Below are positions 60,365 to 64,000 of a stretch of DNA of 64,000 nucleotides, one piece after another (within the stretch, counting starts at the first letter, position 1; the number at the start of each line of letters is the position of its first letter). The stretch lies in the IMG/VR virus record IMGVR_UViG_3300025073_000027, positions 64,001-128,000 of that record; one strand, written 5' to 3'. The notes under the pieces were generated by a model. The model made no database searches. It was not told where the DNA came from and was given only the letters and a program-made list of their open reading frames with translations. The position numbers and the translations under genes were made by a program. The stretch is from a virus.

Positions 60365-60553
60365 CCTTTTTTATAATATTTATTATTTATAATATACTAG
60401 AACTAAGGACTAGCATCCTCAAAACCTTCATCATAACCAGCTTGAAATGTAAGCCATAATATATTTTCTACCTCACTCATTTCATAATTATTCAAATCTA
60501 ACAATTCTTCCATCTTTTTTAAAAATTCTTGAAGTTCAGGATACATATAATTA

Positions 60554-60868
60554 TTATTTTACAACCTCCTTATTATCATTTATAATATTATTTATTTTAT
60601 TATTTACAAGTATTGCCACATGCTTAGAAATTTTATCATAATATATTAGATTATTTATTTCACCATATTGTTCTTCGTATTCTTTTATAACTGCTCCAAT
60701 ATCCCCCCAATACAATCTATACTCTTGTAATAATTTAACACTAAAAGGAAAACTTTGTTCTATAATATCATATTTATCACGATCAAATTCAACTTCTTTT
60801 AATTTTGTTGGTTCATGAATCCTAAAATTATTTTTAGGATTTATAATTCCTTTTCGAGGTCTACCCAT
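60554..60868 (-). CDS. hypothetical protein
   Basis: 104 aa, N-terminal GRPRK. Confidence 0.5.
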   Translation of the reverse strand: MGRPRKGIINPKNNFRIHEPTKLKEVEFDRDKYDIIEQSFPFSVKLLQEYRLYWGDIGAVIKEYEEQYGEINNLIYYDKISKHVAILVNNKINNIINDNKEVVK

Positions 60869-61229
60869 TAGATTTATTTAAATTTTTGGGTAGTTGAACA
60901 TATGCTTTTTCTACCGCTCTTAGAAACGCACTTCTGCTACCAAATATTTTTTTAGCAATGGCGTGTGCCACTCCTGCTTCTACTGTAAACACATCATCAT
61001 CAGAACAAGTTACTTTTGTTTTAGATCCATCTTTCCATATGCAAACTACTGTTTTATTATTAACAATAATTTGTTTTGGAATAAATTTATTATTTTCCTT
61101 GAAATTATGAATATCTATATCATCAGGTTTTATAGTATATGAATCACAACCCCAATCAGATCCCCAATCATATGTATAAGATTTTAAATAATATGCCGCC
61201 ATTTTATTATTGTTCTCCTTCATAAACAA
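60861..61229 (-). CDS. conserved hypothetical phage protein
   Basis: TVV.WKDGSKTKV.C..D.F..EAG...AIAKK. Confidence 0.6.
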   Translation of the reverse strand: MFMKENNNKMAAYYLKSYTYDWGSDWGCDSYTIKPDDIDIHNFKENNKFIPKQIIVNNKTVVCIWKDGSKTKVTCSDDDVFTVEAGVAHAIAKKIFGSRSAFLRAVEKAYVQLPKNLNKSNG

Positions 61230-61491
61230 TTCCTTCTAACCAAGCTTCGCCATGTTCATAAGCATCTTGAAATGCACCATCAATAAATCTAGAAAATGCC
61301 GTAGAACCATCTTCTTTATCGTCATATTCAATTAATTTACTATGCAACCATTCTAACATATTGCCCTTATCTGTAATTTGAAAAGGTAAATCTTCACGAT
61401 TTTCTTGCATAAATAAAAGTGAATCAATTGGAATTTCTATAATAATCTTTTCATCATCATAATTAGTATATACATTAATTTTTTCATCCAT
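61207..61491 (-). CDS. hypothetical protein
   Basis: 94 aa acidic ORF. Confidence 0.5.
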   Translation of the reverse strand: MDEKINVYTNYDDEKIIIEIPIDSLLFMQENREDLPFQITDKGNMLEWLHSKLIEYDDKEDGSTAFSRFIDGAFQDAYEHGEAWLEGIVYEGEQ

Positions 61492-61509
61492 TATTATTTA
61501 TATTCTCCT

Positions 61510-62409
61510 TTATAAAATTAATTGCTTTTGACCTCTCATTGCTTTTTCTACAGCAGAATTTCTAAGATTTGCATATCGCATTGTGGTGGAAAGCGCAGAA
61601 TGACCTAATACGCCTTGAATTACTCGAATATCAGTTCCACCTTCTACTAAATTAGTAGCTGCCGTTCTTCGAAGAGTATGAGGAGTTATATCTTCAATAC
61701 GCTCTTCTTCAATACCAGCACGACCAGCAATAGATTTAATTTTTTGTCTAATTGCTTCAGTAGTATATTTATTACCCATTTTAGAACGAAACACATACTC
61801 AAAATCCTGATGTTTACGGACAGAAAGAAATTCATTTAATAGTTTATAAACATCATCTTGAAGATATAAAGAACGATATTTTGATCCTTTTCCTACAATG
61901 TTTACCTGATAATCTTTAATATCATTAACTTTTAAATCAACCAATTCAGATCTTCGCAATCCAAGAGATAAAAACAATGCGAGAATGGTTTTTTCTTCAA
62001 TATTTTTACATCCAGTAAACATTTGAGTAACTTCTTCTTCAGAAAGATAAGATAAACTTTTTTTAGGTTCTTTCATATTACGAACTTTTCCAAAAGGATT
62101 TTCATTAATATATTCATTTTCAAGCAACCAGGAAAACAACGCTTTCAATGCTCGGATGTGAGCATTTATACTAGATGATTGTAATCCATCATCTTTTAAT
62201 TTAAATTGATATTCTCTAATATTGCCAGATATGATTTTAGAAATACTTTCAGTTGTTTCAACTTTCATAAAATCAAAAAACCGTTCTATAGAAGTTAAAT
62301 ACATTCGCAAAGTATGTTTAGATTTATCTAAATTTAAATAACGAGTGTATTCTGCAATACAAGGAATATAGTGATATTTAGAAATAAATAAATTATTTTT
62401 CTTTACCAT
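61510..62409 (-). CDS. XerC/XerD-like tyrosine recombinase
   Basis: SAM-like N-domain; GLRRSEL, GKGSKYR, PHTLRRT, LGHS, RY. Confidence 0.9.
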   Translation of the reverse strand: MVKKNNLFISKYHYIPCIAEYTRYLNLDKSKHTLRMYLTSIERFFDFMKVETTESISKIISGNIREYQFKLKDDGLQSSSINAHIRALKALFSWLLENEYINENPFGKVRNMKEPKKSLSYLSEEEVTQMFTGCKNIEEKTILALFLSLGLRRSELVDLKVNDIKDYQVNIVGKGSKYRSLYLQDDVYKLLNEFLSVRKHQDFEYVFRSKMGNKYTTEAIRQKIKSIAGRAGIEEERIEDITPHTLRRTAATNLVEGGTDIRVIQGVLGHSALSTTMRYANLRNSAVEKAMRGQKQLIL

Positions 62410-62453
62410 TTTGTTTTCCTTTTTCTTATAGAATAAATTGACATTATGAAATT

Positions 62454-62482
62454 ATTTTACTATATATTTAATAATTTGTAAA
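62454..62482 (-). promoter_or_regulatory. promoter upstream of Xer-like recombinase
   Basis: TTTACA-17-TAAAAT. Confidence 0.55.
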
Positions 62483-62484
62483 TA

Positions 62485-62679
62485 CTATGCTTTATAACAA
62501 TCATTGCATAAAGGATACTTTATCGGATCGCATTTATCACAAGGTTTTTCTTTCATAGAAAATAAATAATTATGTTTAGGATGAGGCATACCGGCTTGAA
62601 CAGGCATACCGCATTCAGGACATTCAATAATTCCAATACTTTTTTTATACATTCTTGGATCGAAATTACATATTCTCAT
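62485..62679 (-). CDS. small Cys-rich protein
   Basis: CPECG, CDKC, CNDC. Confidence 0.5.
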   Translation of the reverse strand: MRICNFDPRMYKKSIGIIECPECGMPVQAGMPHPKHNYLFSMKEKPCDKCDPIKYPLCNDCYKA

Positions 62680-62690
62680 TTTATTATTCC

Positions 62691-62882
62691 TTACTCATTA
62701 TCTTTATTTGAAAATAATTCATTGCCTCTATGAAAATTGCCATGTTCCCGTAATTCTTTATCAAAATCTCGTAATGCCTTTTTCTTATTGCGACCAAAAC
62801 CAGTTACTAAAATCCAACCACCTATGATTCCTACAATAAGTGTTCCAATTGGAAATAATAAAGTGTAATAATCAATGGGCAT
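62691..62882 (-). CDS. small membrane protein
   Basis: One transmembrane segment, GGAGG RBS. Confidence 0.5.
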   Translation of the reverse strand: MPIDYYTLLFPIGTLIVGIIGGWILVTGFGRNKKKALRDFDKELREHGNFHRGNELFSNKDNE

Positions 62883-62919
62883 CCTCCTTCTCCTTTATAT
62901 TTTATTTATTATATTATAA

Positions 62920-62948
62920 ATCTTATCATAGAACTATAAATTTGTCAA
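62920..62948 (-). promoter_or_regulatory. sigma70-type promoter
   Basis: TTGACA-17-TAAGAT with TG extension. Confidence 0.65.
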
Positions 62949-62961
62949 TAACGAATTTTAT

Positions 62962-63990
62962 TTATAACAATATATTTGCGTGATTTTTAGCAATTAATCT
63001 AAAATTGTCTGCTATACTTTCTATATTTTTGTCAATATCTTGAGATAAAGCAAATTCATAAGATTCGCCATTCATTTTCTGTTTTTCTATTTCAAAATTA
63101 TCAATATAGTGTAGAATTGCTTCAGTCCAATTATTTTCAGTATTAGGTATCAAAGTACCAAATTGAGATATATCGTTGTATGCTGGCCCTTGTGACGCTA
63201 TCCAGGGGGTACGCGTAAGCATATACTCCATTGGCTTGATCCAACTACGATATTTATCATATTCTCCACATAACGGGGCAATACCAATATCAAACTTTTT
63301 AGCAACTATACTTCCCCATTGATCATGAGGAACAAAAGATTGAAATATTTTATTTTCATCTGGTAATTCAACTTTTTTATATACCCTATCATCGCCACAA
63401 ATCATAACTTTAACATTAGATCTTACTCGACAAACATTTTGTAATGCTTGTAATACTCCACTATCTCTAAAACTTTGCAAATGGGATAAACTACCTCCCC
63501 AACCAATAGTAATATAATCTCTTTCTTCTTTTTGAATATTTATATAATGCTGTGTTTCAAAATAATTTGGAATAAAATATGTTGGAGAATATTCACTATA
63601 ATATTTCATTAATTCTTTTGAGGGTACAATTTGAGCATGGCACAATTTTAATCCTAATTTAAATTGCCAAAGCGGATGAGGAAATACAGTAAGTGTTTTC
63701 AATTCCCCATCTTTCATAATTTTTATAGATCCATCATGCCAGTAATTATAAGAAGCATTTGTAGATTCAATAACATCATAATTATCATCAAAATTAGCAA
63801 TTACTACTTTACCACGAACAATCCAATATATTGCTCTTGTTAAAACATCACCAAATAAATTTCTTTCAATAACAATTATATGAGAATTATTACAAGCTTC
63901 TTCGGCTTCTTTTGTGTGTTCTTGAAATAATTGAGCAGGAATTAAACTTGCTCCATAACCAGCACGACCAAATGCTTTAGCAGGTATCAT
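62962..63990 (-). CDS. GT-B/GT4-like glycosyltransferase (probably 5'-truncated by window)
   Basis: FDD, IGWGGSLSH, DIGIAPL..KYRSWIKPMEY. Confidence 0.75.
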   Translation of the reverse strand: MIPAKAFGRAGYGASLIPAQLFQEHTKEAEEACNNSHIIVIERNLFGDVLTRAIYWIVRGKVVIANFDDNYDVIESTNASYNYWHDGSIKIMKDGELKTLTVFPHPLWQFKLGLKLCHAQIVPSKELMKYYSEYSPTYFIPNYFETQHYINIQKEERDYITIGWGGSLSHLQSFRDSGVLQALQNVCRVRSNVKVMICGDDRVYKKVELPDENKIFQSFVPHDQWGSIVAKKFDIGIAPLCGEYDKYRSWIKPMEYMLTRTPWIASQGPAYNDISQFGTLIPNTENNWTEAILHYIDNFEIEKQKMNGESYEFALSQDIDKNIESIADNFRLIAKNHANILL

Positions 63991-64000
63991 ACATCTAAAA

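Noticed and set aside
1-64000. tRNA/rRNA genes, diversity-generating retroelement, alternative genetic code
   Set aside because: No cloverleaf or reverse transcriptase recognised by eye; long ORFs are intact in the standard code.

Overview
AT-rich 64-kb segment of a large tailed phage with SPbeta-like gene order. The + strand (1-19.5 kb) carries tail, lysis and a tyrosine recombinase; the tape-measure gene is split by a group I intron (7277-8744) holding an endonuclease ORF. The - strand (19.5-64 kb) carries nucleotide metabolism (NrdJ, dNMP kinase, MazG, IMPDH/GMPR), tnpB, about 20 tiny accessory ORFs, a replication block (RecD2, PolB, RecJ, primase, DnaB, AAA ATPase, SSB), a 12-gene glycan biosynthesis operon and a second tyrosine recombinase; a large serine recombinase sits there on the opposite strand. 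Main candidate novel system: an 18-bp palindrome ATAAAA-N6-TTTTAT with a different spacer each time. I found 20 exact copies by eye, all at gene junctions, often fusing a stop codon to the next RBS, which suggests recombinase-driven gene cassettes. Second candidate: glycosylation of SGS-rich tail proteins by the phage glycan operon. Product calls come from recognised motifs; no searches were run.
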